Assembly (NCBI RefSeq): GCF_001194135.2
Contig: NC_068983.1
Span: 61,369,566 to 61,433,565, forward strand
Direction of reading: 5' to 3'
Source of the DNA: Octopus bimaculoides
Lineage: Eukaryota
DNA length: 64,000 nucleotides
The notes under the pieces are model-generated. The model saw nothing but the letters and a program-made list of their open reading frames with translations. It was not told the DNA's origin and searched no databases. Below, one piece after another: positions 25,901-39,499 of this stretch (position 1 is the stretch's first letter; every line of letters begins with the position of its first letter). The position numbers and the translations under genes are program-made.

Positions 25901-28900
25901 AAGGTCATAGCATCCTCTCTGGTACTGGTACCAAAAAATGCACTGATGGTGTTAGGAAGGGTATCCAGCTGTAAAAATCCTGCCAAAACTGAGATACTGG
26001 AGCAAATCAAAGATCCTTTAATCTGCTGGATTTTATCAAACCATCCAATCCATGTCAGCATGGAAAAAAGTCTTAAAATGCTATATGTGTATACACACCC
26101 ACAATGGAATACTTCATGAATTTGGCATTGTTTTACAGATTGGATGCCCTTCCTGTCAGCAACCACGTTATAATAAGGACTAGGTGCATCTCATCATGCC
26201 ACTGACACTTCAGGGTTTGCCTACCAAGAGTAACATCTTCATTCTACATTCTGTTAACTTTTATTCAGAGTTACTGTTTTCTTAGACAGATTGCTTTTAC
26301 TGTAGCTTGCAGAGTTCACATCTGAATAGGTTTTCATTCTCTGTTTACAATGCTGAAGTTATATTGATAGAACACCGTCAGTATCTAGGTGAGGGATGAG
26401 AGACAGATGGGATTGAAGATGACAAGAAACCAGTAGAGTTCTGGAATGATGGAGAATGGTAAAGTTTAAAGAGAGAGGGAGGGGAGATCATGTGAATTAG
26501 AATATGGCACAAGAGGTGAGAAAGGAGATGGAAGAGTCCAATAAAAGAGAGGGCTATGATAGAGAAGAATGGGGAGATAAAAAGATAGAGATGGACAGGT
26601 AGTTAAGAGATGATGTGAAAATGTTGGGAAATAAGAGAGAAGGAATGACATGAGTATAAGAGGAATCAGATGTACTTTGTAAAAGAAAAAAGTGCATTGG
26701 TACAGACATATAATGAATGTGAACAATAGCAGATGGTAAAACAAGTGCCAGGAGATCCAAGGAGAAAGTAATTGCAGAAGAGGAAGACCAGGGAAAATAT
26801 GGGCAGAAATTATGAAAGTTGATCTCATAATGCTGAATCTCATAAAAGAAATGACAAAGAAACACAGCAAATGGCAAGATGCTATATTGGAGAGGGCCTA
26901 TTCAAACTATGCAATGTTTGAATAGGTCCCCTCTAGCAATGAATAAATATATATCTTTGTAAGAAACATCAAGATAGGAAAAAACTTTGTTTTCAAAATA
27001 ACCGATGAAACTGTTGCCATTTTTGATGACTCAAATACACTAGTTTTATGAACATTAAATAAAAAATCCTAACAGAAGAAAGGAAAACCCAGAAATTTAT
27101 TTTAAAAATACGAAATTGTCACTAAAGACAAAAATAAAAAAAGAATGAAATTAAAAAGAAAATTACCTATTTGATAGTTTGCTTTCCACTGATGTATTTT
27201 TGGGATCATATTGAAAAACGTCAGGCACCTAAAAACATTAATGAACAGTAGAAATTTATTTTTCAGAGATAATATATATAATTTACTACAAACTATGCTA
27301 TTTTATTACTCGATATACATGCACTGTATGTACTGTATATGCATACAGATGCACACTGGATAAATGGTGGTAGCTCTAACATGTGTTTGCATTTCTGCCA
27401 CTTATCACACAACTTTCTTAACCATATTTTTCAAAGATACTGTTTGGCAGTCCTCATATCAGTATTTCAGATAATTTAGATTGAATCATTGAGTTTTAAG
27501 ACAACAGACATTGTTTCTATAATGTGGTTATGTAATACTGGAATAAAATCATTGAATAAGGAAAAATTATCTATAAAATACTGGCATAATTCAAGCCAAT
27601 AGTTTCATTTCGACTTTTGTGTACACAAATTGATACGTTGAAGCTATGGAAAATTAGATATGCAAACAAGCTATAAAGAAAAAACTTTAATTTATAAATT
27701 AGTTATATAAAAATTAGGACTATAAGACAAAATTTCACATGTTTTTGTTTTGTTACAGTATTTCTGTGAAGCTTGTTAGTTATCAAAACAAATTAAACCC
27801 TCTTGCATTTAAACTAGCCGTATCTGGTCCAAATACTCAACCTGCTTTATGTTCAAACCTGTCAGATCTGGCTTCTCACACCTACCGTACAACATCATTC
27901 TAAAAATAAGCTATTAAATCATCAAAATCTCTGAGCTATGAGATAATGTATGATTAATCCAAAACAATGTAAATAAATAAGAATTATATTTGACAGAGAA
28001 ATCATCTGCTATAAAAAGGAATAACTTTTTCCACATAATTTATCATATAATTTCTTGAATTAAATGCTAACAATTTTATACTTACAACTTCTTTTTGATC
28101 TTCAGCAAACGAAGGATGATTATCTTGACTGTATGTTGGACTAGAGGATGCTGAAGAATCCCCATCACTTTCATGCGTTGTAAGGCTTGATTCATTTGTG
28201 CTGATATTTGTTTCAGGAACAAGTAGTTTGCTGGGAGGGGAGAATATTTTTGAGTGGTCAACTGCCAGGATTTGGTTTTCAGGCACAAAAACTAGAGAAT
28301 TAAGAGAAAAAAAAAAAGCAGTGTTTATTTTTGTTTGATGACTTTTATTGGTATTTATTCAAGAAAAGTATTATCTATGTGTAGATCAGAAGTGTCAGTC
28401 TGTGCTTACTGAAAAATTTATACATAGAAACTAACACTTCTAATCTACACATAGATAATACTTTTCTTGAATATATATATATATANNNNNNNNNNNNNNN
28501 NNNNNNNNNNNNNNNNNNNNNNNNNNNNNNNNNNNNNNNNNNNNNNNNNNNNNNNNNNNNNNNNNNNNNNNNNNNNNNNNNNNNNNNNNNNNNNNNNNNN
28601 NNNNNNNNNNNNNNNNNNNNNNNNNNNNNNNNNNNNNNNNNNNNNNNNNNNNNNNNNNNNNNNNNNNNNNNNNNNNNNNNNNNNNNNNNNNNNNNNNNNN
28701 NNNNNNNNNNNNNNNNNNNNNNNNNNNNNNNNNNNNNNNNNNNNNNNNNNNNNNNNNNNNNNNNNNNNNNNNNNNNNNNNNNNNNNNNNNNNNNNNNNNN
28801 NNNNNNNNNNNNNNNNNNNNNNNNNNNNNNNNNNNNNNNNNNNNNNNNNNNNNNNNNNNNNNNNNNNNNNNNNNNNNNNNNNNNNNNNNNNNNNNNNNNN

Positions 28901-31900
28901 NNNNNNNNNNNNNNNNNNNNNNNNNNNNNNNNNNNNNNNNNNNNNNNNNNNNNNNNNNNNNNNNNNNNNNNNNNNNNNNNNNNNNNNNNNNNNNNNNNNN
29001 NNNNNNNNNNNNNNNNNNNNNNNNNNNNNNNNNNNNNNNNNNNNNNNNNNNNNNNNNNNNNNNNNNNNNNNNNNNNNNNNNNNNNNNNNNNNNNNNNNNN
29101 NNNNNNNNNNNNNNNNNNNNNNNNNNNNNNNNNNNNNNNNNNNNNNNNNNNNNNNNNNNNNNNNNNNNNNNNNNNNNNNNNNNNNNNNNNNNNNNNNNNN
29201 NNNNNNNNTTATCGCCAAGCCAACATGGCAGTCCCAAAATTAGGACGAAAGCTGCCGTGAATTAGCTCCAAGAAGCCATCGCCTCTAGCTAGCTATGTGA
29301 CACACGAAACCTGTGTCCTTTATAACCTTCGAACAGGGGAGGTCAGCAGTGTCCCCCTGCTGGTTTGGCATCTGCAGACTAGTTTCAGGGTGTTGCCCCT
29401 TGTCAATGCAGAGCAGCCAAGCCCTAGCCAGGCGGCGCTGCTGACTATCTGCTCGAAGGTTATTTATCTAATTTCAGTGGAATCTATCCACTGGTTTTCA
29501 GAAATAGAGTTATTAATATTTCTAAGTCTCTCTAAAGGAGATATATGTAAACAAAATGACAAGCTTAAAAACTTGCTATATGTAAAGAAAAATGAATTAA
29601 TCAAATCTGAACATTTTCTAAAGAATTAAGTTAACAAAACTTTATACTATTAGGGACTGAATTTACAGATAGAACTTTAAAAAATTAAATCTATGCTGTA
29701 ACATAATACTCACTTGGTGTATCTCCATCAATTTCGCTGTTGACCATGTCAGTAACAAAATCACTTAGTGATGAGTATGATGAACTAGTACTGTCTGCTC
29801 CATCACTGTCACTACCACTCTCGTCTGAAAGAAATATATATATATATATATATAGATGTCTTGCAAACAACTCGCACATGCAAGTGCTACCAGTCGAGAA
29901 CTCCGCAATTAATATAAGTAGCAATCGTGATACCTACCACAAAGAAATGATCAAGCTAATTAACAATCTATTAAGCAACAACTACCCCAAAAGCATACTC
30001 TCCACTCCAATTATGAAGAAAAGAAACGATGAAACCGATAAAATGTCCACAGTCTGTCTACCCTATGTGAAAGGCCTCTCCGTAAAGATACAAAAGATAT
30101 GCAGCCCATATGAAATCAGGACAGTATTCAAAAGTAATACAACACTTCACAAATATCTTTGAGTAAAACCAGCAATAGAAGAGAATATGACCAAGAACTG
30201 TGTGTACTCCATCCCATGCAGCTGTGGTAGGTTATACAAAGGTTAAACATGCCACCCCTTCAAAATAAGGATACAGGAACATCACAAAGCTGTGACAAGG
30301 GGGGATATTGATAATCGGGTATAGCTGATCATGTATGGAAAAATGGAGACCACCTCCCCCTGTGGGATGAAGTTAAAATAATAGACAGAGAACACTGGAA
30401 AATACGTAAACTAAAAGAATCTGGTTCTTATACCTTAGGAATGAGAACCCAGGTTCGAAATTTCTCCAAGACAACTGATGAAGGCTGGAGAGTATATCAG
30501 CTGAAATGTTGTGTTAACAACAAACAAGATGAGGACAAATATCCGTCAAATATAAATAATGTACATAACTCCTCATCTCTTAAATATAGAACAGAGTTAA
30601 AGACATTTTAAAAATTTACACATACTCTTTGCTTTGACTGTTTTGATCTTTGTTTGTCATTAGGTGTTACACTCTTAGTAGGTATTGCTATGAATTTTTT
30701 AAAATATTGAAATGTAATTTCTACCATACTTTTTCTTGGAGAGCATAAAAAAAAGCATCAAAAAATAAAAAAACACCATTTTGATACCTCATTTGTGAAA
30801 TTTGGATGAATACTTTAGGAAATATGACAATTTGAATGGTCAGTGAATTGGTTGAAATCTTGCCTAATTGGCCTATATGAATAATTAGCCATATTTGTCA
30901 TGTCATATCTTTGAAACTGAGGTGATAATCATCTTCAAATTACAAATTAATAGTGACCATGGTATAGCAGTTGCCTATTTTATTTTTTAGGCTTTTGAAA
31001 ATGAAACATTTTTGGCAGTTTTTTAAATATTTATGTAAAGCCTATTTTGTTACATGTCACAAAGTCAATTTCACAATATTTTCAGACGTAGTTAAATCCA
31101 AAAGTACAAGCCGCAGGGACTTACTTTTGGCACATTTGAAGTGGGTACAGAGATAAATGAATTCTGAAATTTTGGGAAATGACACTGTTTCAATAAAATT
31201 TAAATGGACAATTAAAAATGACTATAAATGGCAGAGTTTCGGATCAAGACACCCACAAAAGTCAAATTTCCTCCCTTTTGATGGGGAGTTTTCCATTTAA
31301 AAAAAAAATGTTTTGGAAACTTATGACTTGAAAAAGGCCAATGTCTCCATGAACACTCAAATATACAAGTTGATAACATCATGCAAAGTACTTAAGGATG
31401 GTTAACTTTCAGGAACAAAATGTAATTTACCAATAGTGGAATATCTAATTCAGTTCTGGATTATCTGTGATATGATTCTCACTGAAACTTTCATGACTTG
31501 GTCCATCATATATGTACAGGGTTGGGAAACCAAACTGAGATAGTTTTTAAAATGTTGTATCTTAAATATCATGAATTAAGAGCTAATACTTTGCATACAA
31601 TAATCTAAGATATTAAATATCTTTTTTGTTATTGATTGATACACTGTAACGGAGTTAGGGAATCATTATCATAAAATGTTATTACTGAAATGAACCACAC
31701 ATAGCTGATGCAAGGTATACCAAATTTAGTCAAGGCAAAGTCCACAATACCATGGTTAATTTTAAGGCTCCAGATATCATCTGTGTAAGGCCACAGATAT
31801 CATCCAATCATCTCACAGTATCCACAGTGATTACAAGTGTTTGCTTCTTTCTAGCTGGTTTGAAATGATCTACCCATCAGCATGACCAAAATTGCAAAGT

Positions 31901-34900
31901 GCTATCAAATGTATCAACCTCAGTACTTATTTTTGAAAGCCTGATACTTATTCCATCAATCTATTTTGCCGAACCACAAAGTTATGGGAGACGTAAACAC
32001 ACCAACATCAGTTGCCAAGCAGTGGTGGGGGACAAGCACACACATGCACAATGTTTCTTTCAGTTTCTATCTACCAAATCTACTCACATGGGCTTGGTCA
32101 GTCCAAGGTACCACAATGAGACTGAACCCAGAACCATGTTGTTGGGAAGCAAACTTACCACACAACAATTTAAAAAAGAAAAAAAAAAAGAATATAATCA
32201 GAAGTATTTTCTACTTGAAATTAATTTTAACAGGAAGAAAAATAAAATCATCTTAAAACTTAACATATTCCTTAGTAGACAAAATTGAACAAAATAAGTT
32301 TGTATGGTGTCAAAGGATATAATTACTAACCAGTTGGATTATCATCACTGTGTATTTCTGATGCAGATGTTAAAGCTGCTCCAAGAGAAGAATTACTGTC
32401 ATAAACTTTAAATTCCACTGGTTGAAGTTGATGTGAGTACCATTTTGGTTTATCTCCAATTAAAGATGGATCATAGACGGCAGTTTGAACACGCAGGAAC
32501 ACCACATTAGATGGACACAAAGACCATTCGGCATAAAATTCAACTGCCTGTTATAAAAGTAATCATTTAATACTTACTAAATGAATATATAAATGAACAA
32601 CCACTTTAGCAGCATATACAGAACATTAATATTAAAAAACAGAGTCTAAAAATGAGTAAGATCGTCTTAATTTTGCTTTTGATTGTTCCAGGATTGCACA
32701 ACCACATATTAATGGGCACAAGTTATAACCACATACACAATAATTCAAAGGAGGTTGAAATCAGGTGTCATCATTCATCATTATTATTACCATCATGGTT
32801 TTAATGTCCATTTTTCCATGCATGCTTGGATCAGATGACTGGATGCTCTTTGATTTGCCAACGCTCACCTCTTTCTAAGCAAGGAAATAGTTTTCTATGG
32901 TTAGACATGTTTTCACAGAAGACTGTAAGCAAACATCGCCACTTGTTTGGTGGTGATGCTTGCTTACAAATATTGCAGTGAGTCAAGACAAGAGGACACA
33001 CACACGTGCATGCATGCACATATGCACACTCACTCTCAATCTATATTTAATGCAAGCCTGATTCATGATTGGGCTTTGAATGCAGAGGATTTGTGACTAG
33101 AAAGAAGTGAAACAAGTAGACATTGCTGGATGTGTAACATTAGTGTGCATCAATGAAAGCATATTAATGAGCTGAAGACAAAAACCTTCTCTTATATGAT
33201 ATATGAAGAATCAGTTGTAGTGTGCAAGAGAGAAGCTTGTGCTGGTATGGGCATATGGAGGACAAGAGCTCTAAAAAGGAGTGTTATAAGCTCAAAGTCA
33301 ATGGAGCATGTGAAAGAGTGATGCCATGAAAGACTTGGGATGAAGTGGTGAAGACTTCTCAAAATGTTATATTCCAAAAGATTGAGTGGCAATATGTAGT
33401 GGAGAAGACACAACAATAAAGATGATTTGACTACCTGCACAAGTATGGTGAATCAAATGTTACAGAAAATGGTGGTAGTGATGAAATTTTACAGTGTGTG
33501 TAAAATAAAAAAAAAGAAGCAATCAGTACACTGTTAAGTGCATGGCATTAGTAAAGGCTTCCAGCAATAGAAACTATATTCAAAGTAAACAGTGAAGCAT
33601 GATGAAGTCCTTAGCTGAAAAGTAGATAATGGTTGGCAGCAGGAGGAGCATCTAACTGTACAAGCTTATCTCAAATAGATCCTTGACCAGCCCATGCTAG
33701 CATGGAAACACAGACCTTATATGAACATATCAGTATACATACAAACACTCATATATGTATGCATGCATGTGCTCATGTTTGTGTCTCCTTGTTTTGGCAT
33801 CACAAAATAGTTATAAACGAGCATTATTGACGAGGTGTAGTCCTTTGCTTCCAGTCTTCCTTGAAAACATGTCTGACCATAGTGGGAAATATTACCTCAC
33901 TTGGAAAGGTGAATCAAATGTTACAAGTATGGAAAGGTGAGGGTTAGCAATAAGATAAGTGTCTGGCCTTAGAAAATAAGAATCAACAAGTTCCACCTGA
34001 CCTATGGAAAAGTAGACATGAAAATGATGATCAAAATAACTTACTTGAGTCCGAGCAAGCTTTGCTGTAAAGTGTGTTTTAACTGGACGTGATTTCAGGA
34101 AGCTGTAAAGCTGAAATGCAACCACAGGACGTGGATACAAGCGAAGTGTTCGAGTGTGTTCACTGAAGTTTCCAAGAATATTTGGAGAATTGAAGAAGCG
34201 GACCTAAAATAAACAAAATCAACATTTTTGGTTAATAAAGAAGTATTAAAAATACACAAAACAAAGAACTTGAAATACAATAAAATGCTTAACAATAACT
34301 GATAAATTTACATCGTCCTTTTCTCAAAAGCACAGGTAAGCCAACAAAACTGTTTCTTGTAAATTTAAACTGAATTATATTGAAAACTACCTCTTCATGG
34401 AAGAATCATAATAGTCATTTAAAAGATACATATACCATTATTTTCACTTTTGTTACATTTTGTACCAGTATTATATATTATACACTGCTCAGAAAAAATC
34501 ATTGAACATATCCTTGTCATGAATACTATTCCATTGCATTTTAACATAGAAAATTTAGTTACACGATATTCTGCGAATGAAGGGACAACTATATGTTTCT
34601 GTGTATGGTGATATTTCATGTTTCACATTTTAGAAAACTTGGGTTAATTTTAGCAATTTTAAAAACTAAACTCTTAATACATATGTATAAATTTTTTCTT
34701 TTAGAACTAATATCTGGTGTAGCATTAATATACACTTGATTACTCCTTGTCATTTTCTGTACATATTTATTGTTTGCAGTATATTAATCAATTTTCTAAA
34801 TTGATTTTTTCTTTGTTTTTTCATGGCTTGTCAATAGTAATTTGCTTCCTCCTTTGCATCTTCCTTGCTTGCGGGTATATCAATCTAACTAACCTGTGTT

Positions 34901-37900
34901 TTACTATTAATTTTAAACATACAATACTCCCTCCCACATTGTACACTTTTTACTACTCAATATCACAACTCCACTATGTTCATTTTTAACAATTTTCATT
35001 CATATGTCAGAAAGATATACTCTCATCACAAGAGATGTTGATACAAAGTCAACTGCTTTTGCAGTGTGTACGTAACTTGATATTACTATATCATTATTCA
35101 CTAATTTTTTTCCAAATATTATGTATGCAGACTATAGTCTGTGTTTAAAAATTGTTATTTCTGTGTAATTGAGGTTGTTTTACTTAATTTTTTTTTACTT
35201 GATTTTTTTTTTCAACTGATACACACCTCAATCATCTCAATTTATAACATGCACAACACCAGGAAAATTGGTTTTGTGTTATAAAATTTGATGGCAATAT
35301 TTTCAAGAATGTAATGCTTTTGAATTGTGGATGATACCAATAATGCTATTACAGTAAAAAGTAGATATAAGAGTTTATGTGTATTTAAGGTATAGATGTT
35401 TTTGATCTAGTTTGGATTCTTTGCCATCAAATTTGATGGCAAAGAATCCAAACTAGATCGAAAACGTCTATATCAAGCATGACTCTTCCATAATGAAACT
35501 GGTTCAATTTTAATTTGTTAGTTTTTATGTGATTTAGAAGAGGAAATACAGTGTGTATAACTCTTTCCATGGCCTCTGAAATTGGTACAAAGGAGAGAAG
35601 TTATTCTCAAATCGAAGATCTGATCCAAATGCTTGTAATATTGAAGGCATCCAAGAATCAGGTAGTGATGTTAAACAGGTAATAAATAACAGATTTTATT
35701 TACATGTAACTTAGACATCACATGTTAAACTCACATTGGCTTCTCAATAACATTCAACAAGAGAGACATGAAAAGCTCGTCTCTCTCTCTCTCTCTTAGA
35801 GCACAAAGACACAATCATTACTTACATTAAGGAAACAATGTTGTACCTCATTCTCTCTAGTCTCAGACATTTCAATTAAAATTCTCAAAATCACTACAAA
35901 TACTAGACTTCATGAAATTTGATGCTGTTTCTGGGTGGCCTCCACATACATAACATTCCAAATCATACTTTAGCTTTGGCACACAAATATCCTTCATTGC
36001 TTATAAAAGAAGGCCATCCAACCAATTGGCAAAGATCCATTCACCAACACAATATAACCTCTGGATCACTACATGGTCTATCCCCTTTTGCTCTGCACAC
36101 TATTACTATTATCATTGCCTCTACTTCTCTGAAGTAGCTTGCTACATACCCCAAGCTCACCCAATTTAGGCATTTCTCTTCTTGTGTATCTTATTGCTCA
36201 TGCCTTGCAATAACCATTTCCTGAAGATTCCAACTTATGTATGTTCAAGCTGTCATATATGACAATCACGAGCTAAGACATTTTTCTCAAAATCATAAAA
36301 ATGAAATTACTTGCAATATTTTATTTTGTTTGTCTTTATCTAATATAGAGTACTCATACAAAAACCTTTCAATGTGATCTTTACCTTTTATCATCCCAGA
36401 ATCAAAACAAATCAGGATCTGTCAAGTACTCTCATTACTTTAGTTAAATATGTGCAACCCCAATACCTTTATTTTATATTTATTTTATATTTATGTCATA
36501 TTTATGTCATATATACTTAAAATAAAATTTAACTTACCATTGCAACACGTGTTGCCACATCCACTGAATCAACATCATTACCGTATATAAGAGGATTGAA
36601 ACCGGTGTTTGAGTCAAAGCTCTCTCTTCGTTTAAGTAGTTCAGGACTTTGAGCTAAAGCATCTAGGTTTTTAATAGGTTGAGGAGTCATGCTCATACTG
36701 GCAAGGGCCTGAAACAGAAAATATATTATTTTAGTAATTCAAAAATACCAAACAGGATTAATAAACTTGTTACAAATTGAACAAACTCGTTTAAGTGCTG
36801 CATATCAGATCATAGTAAGGTGAACAAAAGAATAAGAATTATGATCTCTGTTGCTGCTGACATAATCATCATTTCATGTCCGTTTTCCATACTGGATTGG
36901 GAAGGATGGGTCATCATGGTCTGAGTCTCTCTTCTTATTCAGAGTTATTGTCTTCCTAAACAGGCTAGATCATGTTTAAGTTGTACATTTTAAAATTTGG
37001 CATTGTTTCTACAACTGGAATCCCTTCATAACATAACCACATTACAAAGAGTAATAAATTCATTTTATTGTGGCACCAACACTAGAGAGGTTGCCCTATG
37101 TTTTGGGTTAATAGAAAAGATAAAGTGATGGATAGTTGGAAAATGGTCAGTGGTAAGAGTGTAATGGATTTCAGTAATGGGTATCTTAAAAGAGAGTAAG
37201 TGGAGGCTAGCATTATATAAGGGTAATGTCTGCCACCAAGAAATGGCTTGAATGGTAAGTAGTAGAAATAGTGATAGATGGGAGAGGGAGTGAAGGCTGG
37301 TGGATGTGGTGTATTTGATATAGTGCAATTCCTCATTAACCAGGTGTCATGATAAATGTATGGGAGCTGAGGGAGAAGGAGTGTTGCTGATAGTACAGGT
37401 GTTGGAAAGGGATGTATTGGATACAAATGGTTATAGTGGTAGGATTAAGCATAAGCAAATCTAGTGTTTCTTTCATTGTACAGGTAGCAAAGTACAGTGA
37501 ATAGGGGAGGAAGAGTAGAGGGATGAGAAGGTGTCAGATTGGCAAAAAAGGCAGCAGCTGAAGGCTTACTTGTACAAAATGGATGAAAGGCTAGATGTAG
37601 ACATATATATTTCAACATGTTTTGCTATGCTTGTGAGGTGGCCTTTGCCAGAACTGCAGGTCACCTATCATCATGTTTCTTTGTCATCTTCTATAGATTC
37701 TATTTACTTGGAGCATGTGGCAGTTCCTTATACAGTTGTCATCTTCCATACACATCACATGCCACTACAGTTTTCTCTTTTGCATACTATATCTGATTCT
37801 TGTTATTTGCAGTTATTCTCTCAGCTTAATTTAACCCTATCGTTCATGCACACTAATGTTACAAATCCAGTGAAGCATACTTGTTTAATTTCTCCCCTTA

Positions 37901-39448
37901 GTCTTTGCAAAGCCTCTACATTTAAGACTACAACTTGCAACCATGCAGCATCACTCTTTGTACACAAGCATAATACAATCAGATCTTTCGCTGTGAGGAA
38001 GAAACTCTTAGTTACTGTATCAGGAACGTCCTCAGCTCCTTTATAAATTCTGATACAAGAGCTAGCTCATCAGCATAGAGGAATTCCCAAAGACAGACAG
38101 TATCAAACTTAAGATATGCTCTCAACTCATCAGTGGCTCTTCTCATTGAGATTACTGGTTGAGTATATCTGGAATCATGAGAGTGGAAGACTGTGTCTAT
38201 ACCCATGATATTAGAATTATCTATGAAATTTTGTAAGGTATGACTGATAGACTCAAAAGCAAGTCTATGTGACATTGTGCACTCATTTCATACTTTCAAC
38301 CTGGCTTGGTTCAGGGCATCGTGATGGTTCTCTTATCAAATCTGATGAAGACCTAGCAGCAGCACAAAAAACAAGAAAAAGGAAAATAAGACTGCTCTAC
38401 TTTAGGATTTACTATGACAGAGATCTATTTCGACAGAAGTATTTACCATAGATCAAACATTGCTGTTTACTTTCACCAGAATTGTGAAAGTCTGATGTCT
38501 GCTATATAAACTTGTGAAGGTTCAAATGCCTTGGAGTCATGGTGCAAACTTCTTTCAATCCAGACCAGCCTCAAGCAAGATACTTTCAAGAGTCTGAGAA
38601 AGTAACTTTCAATGCATTTTTTACGAAGTATGCTAACACTGTGTCCTCCATTTGCAAGCTCAGAACTGAAGGTTGCTTTGAACACTCTAGAGTGAAGCAT
38701 TCTGACTACATGTACAAACCAACATAGTCAGATTTTCTTTCGTGCTTAGAATCTTGTTTAGGTAGGACATGTGGAAACAATTAAGCTTTTTAGCATGCGA
38801 TTAGTACAGAAAGCTAGAATTTTATAGTTTATATCTGGAAATAGCAAGTAAACATAAACATTTCTTGAATGAAGACAAAATAATCTAACAATACTTTAAA
38901 ACCAGTATCTTATTGATAGAGTGGATGTTTATAAAAATAAAGGTAATTCAAAGTTTTCAAACTATATATTGTCATATATATATTTCTCTTCCAACAAAGT
39001 AAATAAATTCATGAAACTGTATTAATAGCTACCTGTTTGAGATGATTTTTTAATTTGCTTCCTTCGTGTTCTGGCAGTGAAGGCAATTCTTCTGCTCCAG
39101 TGGGAGCTTGGATCTGAGTATTTATAAGAAAAGTACAGTTGTTACAAACATATATAATTTATAAGAAATTCAAAGTCAATAACATTAAAAAAACCCATGT
39201 CAGAGAAATTACTATGACAAAGATAAATTACAACTAACATGAAACTGTTCTATGTCTTTAAACAGTAGGCAAGCTACATTGATTTACTACTATCAGATTT
39301 CACTGGTTTCTAGTTTGGTTTATTCAAATCTGACATTGTAAAGTTGTAAAGATCATGAGGGGCTGATATGTTACACATAAAATAGGTCAAGTAACCAATT
39401 GTGAAACTCGACTTGAAACATTTGCTAAAGGTTTTCTATTATAAATTA

Positions 39449-39499
<51 letters not shown>

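Noticed and set aside
26891-26934. Small bulged hairpin agagggcctattcaaac/gtttgaataggtcccctct
   Set aside because: Single, short, and without any supporting context.
28440-29243. Long ORFs consisting of X
   Set aside because: Artefacts of reading through N gaps (also at 8.9-9.2, 10.1-10.3 and 39.5-39.8 kb).
29225-29285. Naming the 361-nt monomer as a hammerhead, hairpin, twister or pistol ribozyme
   Set aside because: Only partial motifs: no CUGANGA core, no helix 1 or loop B for a hairpin ribozyme, and twister/pistol pseudoknots are not satisfied.
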